A stretch of DNA of 32,000 bases. Origin: Acaryochloris marina S15 (GTDB lineage: Bacteria > Cyanobacteriota > Cyanobacteriia > Thermosynechococcales > Thermosynechococcaceae). Where the stretch lies: the NCBI RefSeq assembly GCF_018336915.1, contig NZ_CP064924.1, positions 30,001-62,000 of the forward strand, given 5' to 3'. Below are positions 1-8,484 of the stretch, one piece after another; position 1 is the stretch's first letter, and the number at the start of each line of letters is the position of its first letter. The translations under genes were made by a program, and so were the position numbers. Below the pieces are notes generated by a model that saw nothing but the letters and a program-made list of their open reading frames with translations, did not search any database and was not told where the DNA came from.

Positions 1-1
1 C

Positions 2-496
2 CTTCCCCCTCTCCTTCTAGGATGCAGCCCACCCCCCAGCACCACGACAAATGCTATTGCTCCAGCGAATACCACTCCCGCCACAATTCTCAGAACGGGT
101 GACGGTGATACTCTCAAGGTGCGATCTCAAAATGGCACATCAAGTAAAGTCCGTGTTGGCTGTATCGATGCACCAGAGTCTAACCAGGAGTATGGCCCTG
201 AAGCTGCTCAAAGACTCAAGTCACTATTACCCAGTGGAATAACTATCGAGCTTCGGGAAATTACCACGGATCAATATGGGCGCACTGTAGCCGAGATCTA
301 CTCGGAGGGGAAATCGGTTGGCTTACAGATGGTGAGGGAAGGCTATGCCGTAGTGTACCACCGATATTTGGATGGCTGTTCAGCGACTGCGGATCAGTAT
401 GTTGCTGCTGAGGAGGAGGCACGATCCCAGAAGCTCAATTTTTGGAACCAGAGTAACCCAGAGATGCCGTGGGATTTCAGGCGGGGAAAGCGTTGA
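2..496 (+). CDS. Staphylococcal-nuclease-like thermonuclease, probable lipoprotein; 5' end cut by window edge
   Basis: The frame of ORF 119..496 stays open back to nt 2 (LPPLLLGCSPPPSTTTNAIAPANTTPATILRTGDGDTLKV...), giving the lipobox LLLGC. SNase hallmarks are RVGCIDAPE, DQYGRTVAEIY and GYAVVY. Confidence 0.85.
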   Translation, partial: LPPLLLGCSPPPSTTTNAIAPANTTPATILRTGDGDTLKVRSQNGTSSKVRVGCIDAPESNQEYGPEAAQRLKSLLPSGITIELREITTDQYGRTVAEIYSEGKSVGLQMVREGYAVVYHRYLDGCSATADQYVAAEEEARSQKLNFWNQSNPEMPWDFRRGKR

Positions 497-498
497 AT

Positions 499-534
499 AA
501 AGGAATGACCAGAGTCAGCTCTGGTCATTCCTTT
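499..534. terminator. Perfect 16-bp stem-loop between convergent genes (candidate bidirectional intrinsic terminator)
   Basis: Arms are aaaggaatgaccagag (499-514) and ctctggtcattccttt (519-534), with a 4-nt loop tcag. A T-rich tail tttaagagatttttt follows on the + strand. The right arm overlaps the last codons of the minus-strand ORF 525..905. Confidence 0.6.
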
Positions 535-905
535 AAGAGATTTTTTCGCTCTTCGATCGTGAATTTTGTTTCCCATTGGCTTCCTTTGCGTTTGGAAGTT
601 GATAGCCCATGAATTTCCACAAAGTCTTTATTGATCCGATCTAGCCTTTTCATTTCCTCAAGAAAGACAGGATCTTTAATATCATCTGTATTGAATCGCA
701 ATACCGCCCTGTATCTCGACTGGATTATTGGTTCGGTTTTACTTCCAAGATTTTCCGTGGATTCAATTTCAAAGTCTGAAACGAGGGAATAAACTTGTTC
801 GCCCAGGTCTTGCTTTAATTCTTGATGGGTTGGCCCGATTTGCTGGTTACAGCCAGCCAGGGCAATCAGCAAAGAGATCGCAGGAAAACCGACCAATCTT
901 CTCAT
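525..905 (-). CDS. Hypothetical lipoprotein
   Basis: 126-aa ORF with an N-terminal signal peptide and lipobox (MRRLVGFPAISLLIALAGC). No recognisable catalytic motif. Confidence 0.65.
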   Translation of the reverse strand: MRRLVGFPAISLLIALAGCNQQIGPTHQELKQDLGEQVYSLVSDFEIESTENLGSKTEPIIQSRYRAVLRFNTDDIKDPVFLEEMKRLDRINKDFVEIHGLSTSKRKGSQWETKFTIEERKNLLKE

Positions 906-1245
906 AAGCCTTCAAGCTAGCGGATGAGATGATCCTAGATCAAGAGTTAGTGCATTCTGAATAAATTAAAGAAAATCCTAAATATCAGAAAACAACAGTA
1001 AATATGTACTTCCACAAAAAAAACTAATCATTTTTCTTGTGGAAATTACCAAAATTTTCCTCCCCAGCCCTTTCACTTCTTAAAACTCTGGGTAAGTTTC
1101 CAATATACGTCGAGAATTCATATCGGCAGATCTTCTCAAGATGAGCTTGGGAAGCATTTTCCATTATTCATTTTGCCAAGTTGATCTACATATATTTTTA
1201 ATCCCATGTCAAAACCTCACAAACTTCCAATCTTCATGATCTCAA

Positions 1246-4200
1246 ATGCAACAGCAAGATAATCTTGCCGAATTGTTTGCCGCTGAGTTCCTGTCGGGTA
1301 AGTCCTATGCGTCCATCGTAGAAGCCCGATCCCAGGCAGCTCAGTTGCTGAACCAATCCGTGCGCCCTGGCAGTCCCCTTGCAAAATTGGTGGATGAGTC
1401 CATTGAGGCCGGGTTAGTTCGGGCTGCGCGGAGCATCATTGGGCAATCCCTTACCCCGATCCAAACTTATGCGGATCTGGTGGATCTGTACAATCGCCAG
1501 CCCAGGTTAAGCGTCCGATCCTCCACCAGTGTTCGCCAGCAAGCCTATTCCACTCCTCTCCCCATTGCATATCTGGCGGCCAACCTTGCAGGGGTTACGG
1601 CTAAGTCCACGGTGTATGAACCGAGTGCCGGCCACGGAGCATTGGTCCTCAATGCCACCCCCGAAAACTGCACCATCAACGAACTGAACCCAGACCGAGC
1701 AGGGGATTTAAGACGGCAGGGCTTCAGCGTTACTGAGCAGGATGCTTCGGCTTTCCTCCCAGACCAGCTGCACGATGTCGTCATCGCTAATCCTCCGTTT
1801 GGCCGAACCAAGGGAGAGAACGGAAGGACAAAACGGTTCCAACTCCCCGGCAATCCAAGGGGCACGAGCCAGATCGACCATGCGATCGCAATGCAAGCAC
1901 TTAAGGCCATGAAGCCCGATGGCCGTGCCGTCCTAATCCTCGGCGGCAAGCCCGAAACTGATCCAGGGGAACGGGCCGAAGCGTACAACACTTTAGAGAG
2001 CAGGGGGTTCTTCTATCCCTTGTATCAACAGTACGGGGTAACCCAGCACTTCACCATTTCTGGAGATTTATACAAGAAACAGGGAGCGGGTTGGCCCCTC
2101 GATGTAATCGTGATTGAGGGGAAGGGAACATCACAACGTCCATTGCCCGCCGTGGAGCCACCACAAATCTATGAATCCTTTGAAGAACTACGAGGAATAC
2201 TAAATGACTCAATCCAGGCGAGTACCAACTTACGAACAATACCTGAATTACACAAAAGTCTGGATGCCCCAGGAATCGGGGGACCAAGCGATGTTTCTGG
2301 TGAGAGTGCCAACAGAACTAGAGATGATGGAGTTCAGAACCTATCTGGATCTGATGAACTGTCGGATGGAATGGATGTTCGAGAACTGGATCAAGTATTA
2401 CGACCGTTCCAAGGACAATCTACAGAAGATGCTCTACGACACCCTTCGGCAGCTTCACCCAACCCAGGAAGCACCGAGTCCATACGACGAGGACGGGGAG
2501 AAGCAGATGTGGATCTGGGCAACGGAGTGGGGGGAAAGCCTATTAGAGTTCAACGAGACATGGGTGCAATGGATGAGACTGACCAATCCAGAGGTCAGCT
2601 TTCCAGTGGACCTGACACTCCCGCCACCGATATCTCAGGAGTCATTGATGGAGAAGCACGACGAGGTGACCATCGACCAATTTCTGATGGAATTGAGAGC
2701 CGAATTCAAGTAGACGATATCTTAATAGAGGATAGTACTGTGGCAGAAGAATTTAATACTGCGTATGTTCCTCGCAGTCAGGGACGTAGCCCAGATACGC
2801 TGATTCCAACTAACATGGCTGTCTCAGCCCAACAAGCTTTAGATCGCTTTGAGCAAGAGCATGGAAACATTGACGAGTTCGTCATGAACCGTTTGGGATA
2901 TGACTCCAAGGGGCAAATGTTTGATGTCCTCTATGCTGAGCAAATCGACTCCCTTGCACTGGCCTTTGATCAAAAAGACAAGGGCAAAATCTTCCTAAAT
3001 GGCGATCAAACTGGAAATGGTAAAGGACGGTTCGGAGCAGCCAATATAATTGATGCCCAACGGCAGGGGTATATCCCCATTTTTGTAACCCAGAAACCAA
3101 ACTTGTATGCATCTATGATCCAGGACTTAGCCGATATCGGCAGGCCAGGATGTACACCTTTTATGACAAATGCGAAGCTGTCGCTAAATCTTACTGATGG
3201 CCGGACTCTAAGAACGGGAGGATTGGCGGATCAAGAGAATGAAATGCATCGGCTGACCCAAATCGGCTTAGGGGGATATGACGCCATCTTTACGACCTAC
3301 AACCAGCTTCAAGCTATCAATAATAAAGAGCCCTATAGACGGCAGTTCTTAAGAGCATTAGCCAGTCGCGCCGTATTTATTTTTGATGAAGCCCATGAAG
3401 CAGGGGGTGGGCAAGGTCAAAGTTGGAAAAGACCATCCGATGCATCCAATCGAGCTGAGTTTGTGCGAGAGCTAGTTGACGCTTCGGCTGGAACCATTTT
3501 CATGTCAGCCACTGCCACCAAGAATCCAGCAGTCATGGATTTGTACGCTAGGCGCACTGATGCAATTCATGCCGTGAACAGCATGGAGAATCTGAGCAAC
3601 ACTCTTAAAGCTGGTGGTATACCCCTGCAGCAAATGATGGCAACCCAGTTCGTCAGTGCTGGTAATATGCTGCGCCGAGAGAGGACGTTTGAGAATATTA
3701 GTTTTAATGCCAAAACTGTTCCTGTAGATCATGAGATTGCAGACAATATCTCAGCCATTATGAGGGCTATTGATCGGTTTGATCAGGCGAAAGATGAAGC
3801 CGTCAAGGAGATGAAAAAGGTGGTTCGCAAAGAGGCCAAGTCCCTTAGTGAAGATAATTCCATTGGTAAGTCTGGTGCCCGTTCCGTTTCATTCACCTCT
3901 TTGATGCACAACGCCATTGATCAAGGCTTGCTTGCACAAAAAGCAGAGACAACCGTTCAAGAAGCCATTGCATCCCTACAAAGGGGCGAGAAGCCCCTCA
4001 TTGCCCTCGCCAGCACGATGGACTCTTTTATCGGAGATTTTGCCAAGGGCAGGAATATACAAACGGGTGATCCGATCAATATTTCTTTTGCGGATGTGTT
4101 GAAGCGCTATTTAGTACGCTCGAAAGATATCCAAATCAAAAACTATGATGGTGATTCTGATACTCGCCCCATGACGGAAGCTGAGTTAGGGGCCGAAGCC

Positions 4201-7200
4201 ATTGCAGCCTACCAAGAAGCCTATGAACTCATTACTGAGTCGGACTTCTCCCAGATTCCCCTTAGCTCCATCGACTATATGAAACATCGCCTTTCCCAAG
4301 AAGGCTATACCGTTGATGAAATCACGGGTCGACAAAGCATCATTAACTATGAGGGGGGAGAGCTAACCTATGGCTTGCGGTCCAATAGTGAGACTAAACC
4401 CCAGGCTAAGATTGATGTGGTTAATCGGTTTAATGGGGGCGACCTCGATGTAGTCATTCTCAATCGTTCAGGGGCAACAGGCATCAACCTTCACGCTTCA
4501 GAACGATTCGCAGATCAACGCCCTAGGCATATGATTGTGGCCCAAGCCGAAAGGGACATAAACCAAGTCATGCAAATGTTAGGACGTGCCAATCGCTTCG
4601 GGCAAGTCGTAGAGCCTAATTTCACTTTAGTAATGGCCGATGTCCCCGCAGAGAAGAGACTCGGTGCAATGCTAGTCAAAAAAATGGCTTCGCTCAATGC
4701 CAATACAACAGCATCCAGAGATTCAGATCTCAGTGTTGGCAATGTCACGGACTTTATGAACGCAGCTGGTGAGGAGGTGGTGACTGAGCTAATCGATGAA
4801 CATCCTGAGTTGGATGCGATGCTCTCTTATCCGAGTAGGGGAGACATTGATGGTGAGATTGGCTTAATTAGCAAAGTCACAGGCCGCATCCCACTCTTGC
4901 CCATCAAGCAACAAGCAGAACTGTACGACCTGATTGAGACGGAAACCACCGCCCTCATCCAACAGAAAGAGGCAATGGGCGAGAACGTCTTGGAGGCAGA
5001 CAAGCTGGACCTCGATGCCCGCACGATCGCCAAGATGGAAGTTGTCCCAGCAGATGCCGCGATCAAGAGCGAGTTCACTGGACCTGTCAATCTGGAAGTG
5101 GTGAATGCCAAGGTGACGACCAAGCCCCCAACACAGTTGGAAATCATCAACAATGTCCGTGAGAACTTGGGCCAGTCTAGGGTTAAGACGGTGGACGACC
5201 ATGATTCTGATGCAATTGAAGACCAGGCCAAGGAGCAGAACCGGGGCTTGAGAAATCAGGTTAAGAAGCGATTGGAAACCTATAGCCAAAAAGCGATGGG
5301 GGAGGCAAAAACCCCAGAAGCGGCAAGCCACTTAGAGACTAAGTTCGACAAACAAATGGGGCATTTCCAGGCGATCACTAATCGCTTTCAGATTGGCAGC
5401 ACTGTACAACTCGCTTCAGCAGAGGGCAAGGTTTCCTATGGGGTGGTCGCCAACATTGCACAGAAGGCTAAACCACTGGGAAGTCCCGCAGCACCGACGA
5501 ACTGGAAGATGCAAATCATCACTAGCGAAGGAAAAAACATCTCTGTTCCTTTCTCCAAAATCAACTCAGGTAAACCTTCTGCTGTAACGATCAAACCCCA
5601 GGAGAAAACCTGGAAGGGAGAGAGCATCTATGAAGACTTTGACCAGAGACAGCAAAATCTGCGCACGGAAATGCAGGTCTTCACGGGCAATCTGATCAAG
5701 GCGTATGAAGAACATCCCAAGGGCAAGTTCGTGAATTTCACCACCAATCAAGGCCAGGTGCGCCAAGGGCTGATCATGCCTGATGATTTCGACATCACGA
5801 AGCAGCTCCGGGAACGTCCCGTGATCTTTGAGGAGCCGTACCAAGTCAAAGCATTCTTGACTGAGGTGACAAAAAATCTGGGTGCAGTCCATGACAACCC
5901 AGAGAAGAACCTGGCAATCAAGGCCGATGCGGCCGCCAAGTTGCGTGGTACTCCCATCGATCATTTCGTAATCACAGTCCCCAGCTCTACCCGTGTCGGC
6001 GGCAAGTTTTTCTTGAATGAAGACTTGCTAGATGCCGCCCAGAGTGAGTTCTTCTCTGTGGCTAACCGGATGGAAATGCATGTGGCCCCTGAGAATCTAG
6101 AAGCGGCACTGAAGGTAATCATGAAAGATGAAGGCATTCAGATCGCGGCTTTCGACTTCAAAGACATGGCACGGGATTACCTAGGCCAGATGCTGCCGAC
6201 GATGGAGCAGATTGAAGAAAATCAGTTTGAGCAGCAGGCAGACTTTGTGCCCTATGTGGAGCCGACAAAAGACACCGCAACCCAGCTTGATATGCTGCTC
6301 CAGTCCGATGCTGTTGAGCCGAGTGAAACCCCGCAAGTTGAAGCTATTCAATCTGCACCGGACCAGGCCGCAGTCCAGCCGACCCAGGACAACACCAAGC
6401 AAATTGCCCCACCCGCAAATCAGACGGGCAAGGCAGAGAAGTTTGTGGCCCAGTTCCTACACGAGGGAGGATTGGCTCAGGAGATTCTGAAGGGTGATGA
6501 TTTCCACTTTGAAATCAAGAATGGTCCCTATGAACCCCTAGTGGTGGAACGGATTACGGATCAGCTTTCCTTGACTCATTACCGAGAGCGAGACGGGGAC
6601 TTATGCCTGGACTCTGAGATGGTCTTTGGAATTGACGGCCAAGGGAAGCTCAACCTTGAAGAGACGGCAGTCCAGAACCCATTTACTGGGAGAGAGGCAC
6701 GAGAACTTGATCAGGAGTTTGGGGAGCTTTTTGCAGCAAATATAATTCACCAAGGATTTGCAGAAGCAGCCCTTGAGCAGTTACCTGAGCTATTGAGGGA
6801 GCGGCAGGCAGAGCAGGCTGAAGTCTCTGAACCCAGCATCGCAGAAGCACCAAAGCAGGCTGAGCCAGAACCAGATAAGACAATAGAAGAGCCTGTACAA
6901 GGGGTTGAATCACGATCTGTACAGGAATCACCAACAGAACAGACGGTCACGCCCCTCCAAGAACCCACGGCCACAGCAAAAGCGGAGCAACCTCAGCAAG
7001 AGCCAACCGCTCAACAAGATAAAGGACCACAGCCGAAGCCCAAACCACAGGCTAAACCAGAGGACTGGCCTAAGTACGCCTCGGCTTTAAAGCGAGGTAA
7101 TGCCTACCAGGCTAGGGTGAAGGAGCGTGTTGCAGCGTATAAACAAGGAACATCGCTCAATACGCGAGCTAGTCTCGCAATGGGCAAGGACTTTAAGGAG

Positions 7201-7665
7201 TTTACACAGGGACTAAATTCACTCAAAGATTGGTATAGAACTGCTCAGAAGCTCAAGCATGACATTCCTTATTTAGAAAAGATCGCCAAAGTTGGAAATC
7301 AATTCAAGCAAGGTGGACCCATTTCTGATCGTGCTAGAGCTGCCATGAAGCAAGACATCAATCAACTCGCTTACAACCGATTCTCAGCAGGACTTAACCC
7401 AAAAAATCCACAAATACTTCTAACCAGGCTGGCCGCAAATGCAGCTAAGGCGGGACTGGCTCCTCCCAAAATCATGGGTGCTTTGTCTGTTGCCCCTGCA
7501 GTAAAATCTATTCGCTATCAAGAGGGTGAACAGGCCAGCCTCAAGTATTCCCGCAAAATCATGATGGAGGGCTTAAAACTCAAGAAGCAAGAACAACCTA
7601 AAACGGTTGCTCCAAAACAACAACGAACTCAAGATGTTAATCAAAATCAAGGGCTAGGACGATGA
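1246..7665 (+). CDS. Giant polyvalent protein: N6-adenine DNA methyltransferase + Strawberry-notch/SNF2-like DExH helicase (P1 DarB-like architecture)
   Basis: Uninterrupted 6.4-kb ORF. MTase motif I is EPSAGHG and motif IV is NPPF (1789-1800). Helicase motifs are GDQTGNGKGR (3001-3030), DEAH (3385-3396), SGATGINLHA and MQMLGRANRFGQ. It has two low-complexity linkers and a long C-terminal extension. Confidence 0.9.
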   Translation: MQQQDNLAELFAAEFLSGKSYASIVEARSQAAQLLNQSVRPGSPLAKLVDESIEAGLVRAARSIIGQSLTPIQTYADLVDLYNRQPRLSVRSSTSVRQQAYSTPLPIAYLAANLAGVTAKSTVYEPSAGHGALVLNATPENCTINELNPDRAGDLRRQGFSVTEQDASAFLPDQLHDVVIANPPFGRTKGENGRTKRFQLPGNPRGTSQIDHAIAMQALKAMKPDGRAVLILGGKPETDPGERAEAYNTLESRGFFYPLYQQYGVTQHFTISGDLYKKQGAGWPLDVIVIEGKGTSQRPLPAVEPPQIYESFEELRGILNDSIQASTNLRTIPELHKSLDAPGIGGPSDVSGESANRTRDDGVQNLSGSDELSDGMDVRELDQVLRPFQGQSTEDALRHPSAASPNPGSTESIRRGRGEADVDLGNGVGGKPIRVQRDMGAMDETDQSRGQLSSGPDTPATDISGVIDGEARRGDHRPISDGIESRIQVDDILIEDSTVAEEFNTAYVPRSQGRSPDTLIPTNMAVSAQQALDRFEQEHGNIDEFVMNRLGYDSKGQMFDVLYAEQIDSLALAFDQKDKGKIFLNGDQTGNGKGRFGAANIIDAQRQGYIPIFVTQKPNLYASMIQDLADIGRPGCTPFMTNAKLSLNLTDGRTLRTGGLADQENEMHRLTQIGLGGYDAIFTTYNQLQAINNKEPYRRQFLRALASRAVFIFDEAHEAGGGQGQSWKRPSDASNRAEFVRELVDASAGTIFMSATATKNPAVMDLYARRTDAIHAVNSMENLSNTLKAGGIPLQQMMATQFVSAGNMLRRERTFENISFNAKTVPVDHEIADNISAIMRAIDRFDQAKDEAVKEMKKVVRKEAKSLSEDNSIGKSGARSVSFTSLMHNAIDQGLLAQKAETTVQEAIASLQRGEKPLIALASTMDSFIGDFAKGRNIQTGDPINISFADVLKRYLVRSKDIQIKNYDGDSDTRPMTEAELGAEAIAAYQEAYELITESDFSQIPLSSIDYMKHRLSQEGYTVDEITGRQSIINYEGGELTYGLRSNSETKPQAKIDVVNRFNGGDLDVVILNRSGATGINLHASERFADQRPRHMIVAQAERDINQVMQMLGRANRFGQVVEPNFTLVMADVPAEKRLGAMLVKKMASLNANTTASRDSDLSVGNVTDFMNAAGEEVVTELIDEHPELDAMLSYPSRGDIDGEIGLISKVTGRIPLLPIKQQAELYDLIETETTALIQQKEAMGENVLEADKLDLDARTIAKMEVVPADAAIKSEFTGPVNLEVVNAKVTTKPPTQLEIINNVRENLGQSRVKTVDDHDSDAIEDQAKEQNRGLRNQVKKRLETYSQKAMGEAKTPEAASHLETKFDKQMGHFQAITNRFQIGSTVQLASAEGKVSYGVVANIAQKAKPLGSPAAPTNWKMQIITSEGKNISVPFSKINSGKPSAVTIKPQEKTWKGESIYEDFDQRQQNLRTEMQVFTGNLIKAYEEHPKGKFVNFTTNQGQVRQGLIMPDDFDITKQLRERPVIFEEPYQVKAFLTEVTKNLGAVHDNPEKNLAIKADAAAKLRGTPIDHFVITVPSSTRVGGKFFLNEDLLDAAQSEFFSVANRMEMHVAPENLEAALKVIMKDEGIQIAAFDFKDMARDYLGQMLPTMEQIEENQFEQQADFVPYVEPTKDTATQLDMLLQSDAVEPSETPQVEAIQSAPDQAAVQPTQDNTKQIAPPANQTGKAEKFVAQFLHEGGLAQEILKGDDFHFEIKNGPYEPLVVERITDQLSLTHYRERDGDLCLDSEMVFGIDGQGKLNLEETAVQNPFTGREARELDQEFGELFAANIIHQGFAEAALEQLPELLRERQAEQAEVSEPSIAEAPKQAEPEPDKTIEEPVQGVESRSVQESPTEQTVTPLQEPTATAKAEQPQQEPTAQQDKGPQPKPKPQAKPEDWPKYASALKRGNAYQARVKERVAAYKQGTSLNTRASLAMGKDFKEFTQGLNSLKDWYRTAQKLKHDIPYLEKIAKVGNQFKQGGPISDRARAAMKQDINQLAYNRFSAGLNPKNPQILLTRLAANAAKAGLAPPKIMGALSVAPAVKSIRYQEGEQASLKYSRKIMMEGLKLKKQEQPKTVAPKQQRTQDVNQNQGLGR
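2204..2713 (+). CDS. Candidate overlapping (+1 frame) gene embedded in the linker of the giant gene; 169-aa Trp/Met-rich helical protein of unknown function
   Basis: The ATG is the first codon after an in-frame TAA (2201-2203). GAGGAA lies at 2192-2197 with a 6-nt spacer. The translation is protein-like, unlike other off-frame ORFs in this gene. All 8 main-frame NTA codons in the interval are followed by a pyrimidine, and none of the 9 NTG codons by A, so no +1 stop arises. Expression is unproven. Confidence 0.35.
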   Translation: MTQSRRVPTYEQYLNYTKVWMPQESGDQAMFLVRVPTELEMMEFRTYLDLMNCRMEWMFENWIKYYDRSKDNLQKMLYDTLRQLHPTQEAPSPYDEDGEKQMWIWATEWGESLLEFNETWVQWMRLTNPEVSFPVDLTLPPPISQESLMEKHDEVTIDQFLMELRAEFK

Positions 7666-7928
7666 ATGATGATCTCGAACTATCGCCAGAAATCATTGAA
7701 GGCGCAAAGATAATACAGCTGGGTCAATCACTGCTAAAGCTGAAAAATTCTCTTGAATATGCTCGTGAAGAGGCTGAAGCCTCGATCAAAAATGCTGAAG
7801 CTCTGGGCAGGACTGAAATCGCAACTGAAGCCGACTTTATATTGATGAGCGTGAAAACTCTACAACAAAAAATGCAAAATCCCCAGATTCAGGAATGGAT
7901 GGCGGCTGAGGAGGAGGTTCCTTTTTAA
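7662..7928 (+). CDS. Small acidic helical hypothetical protein, translationally coupled to the giant gene
   Basis: Its ATG overlaps the TGA of the upstream gene (ATGA at 7662-7665). 88 aa with coiled-coil-like composition. Confidence 0.55.
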   Translation: MNDDLELSPEIIEGAKIIQLGQSLLKLKNSLEYAREEAEASIKNAEALGRTEIATEADFILMSVKTLQQKMQNPQIQEWMAAEEEVPF

Positions 7929-7962
7929 ATCTTTAGATCGGCTTTTATCAAAAGGTGAAGAT

Positions 7963-8469
7963 ATGCAAAACAGAATCTTGTTAATCCTACTGGCTATTCT
8001 GCTACAAGGTAGTTATCAGCGTGTTGTAATTAAGCCACAAGGGAAAGCTTTCAAAGGTGCAGAGTGCCCAAAGGCTTATGAGGCTGCACTCGATAGATTA
8101 AATAGAGAAGACTACGTAACCATTGATAATACTAGAGCTGACGATCTAACCCGTACCTATGGAAGTCAAACACCAGCCACTAGGGCTTATGGGATCACAT
8201 TTGCCATCAAGCAGCAGGATCGGAAAAATATCACAAAACCGTATAATCTCATGGGCAGTTCAGCCATACTGATGGAGGTTTCTAACTTAATTATTGGCAA
8301 CTGCCAGAATGTCGGTACAGTTACTATTGGCTACGTAGGTTCGAGCAGAACATTTGGGGTTCTAGGTCCAAAAGAAGAAGTTAAAGAATTTGAGTGTTTG
8401 AGCAGTGTTCGAAACGGTAGGTTTGATAATGAACTGCCTTGGGAATGGGGCTTACAATGGTGCCAGTGA
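7963..8469 (+). CDS. Secreted hypothetical protein
   Basis: 168 aa. N-terminal signal-like segment MQNRILLILLAILLQGSYQ, 4 Cys, and a purine-rich aaggtgaag motif just upstream of the ATG. Confidence 0.6.
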   Translation: MQNRILLILLAILLQGSYQRVVIKPQGKAFKGAECPKAYEAALDRLNREDYVTIDNTRADDLTRTYGSQTPATRAYGITFAIKQQDRKNITKPYNLMGSSAILMEVSNLIIGNCQNVGTVTIGYVGSSRTFGVLGPKEEVKEFECLSSVRNGRFDNELPWEWGLQWCQ

Positions 8470-8484
8470 TATGGAAGTAGTGAG

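Noticed and set aside
1010-1044. 8-bp inverted repeat ttccacaa/ttgtggaa separated by 19 nt in the AT-rich region upstream of the giant gene, considered as an oriT or operator.
   Set aside because: It is too short and isolated to distinguish from chance in AT-rich DNA. No nick-site-like or relaxase context is available in the window.
1545-5964. Long antisense ORFs inside the giant gene (1545..1991, 4827..5231, 4864..5331, 5566..5964 and others).
   Set aside because: Their translations are rich in R, S, P, C and L and are low-complexity. They lie antisense to a well-supported coding frame, which commonly leaves the opposite strand open. No start context or motifs support them.
6212-7090. Same-strand off-frame ORFs in the second low-complexity region of the giant gene (6212..6490, 6905..7090), examined as possible parallels to the 2204..2713 ORF.
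   Set aside because: They translate to R/S/P/K-rich strings with no hydrophobic periodicity. They are short and lack an SD-like motif or a stop-adjacent ATG. Their length is consistent with chance openness in a hydrophobic-poor linker.
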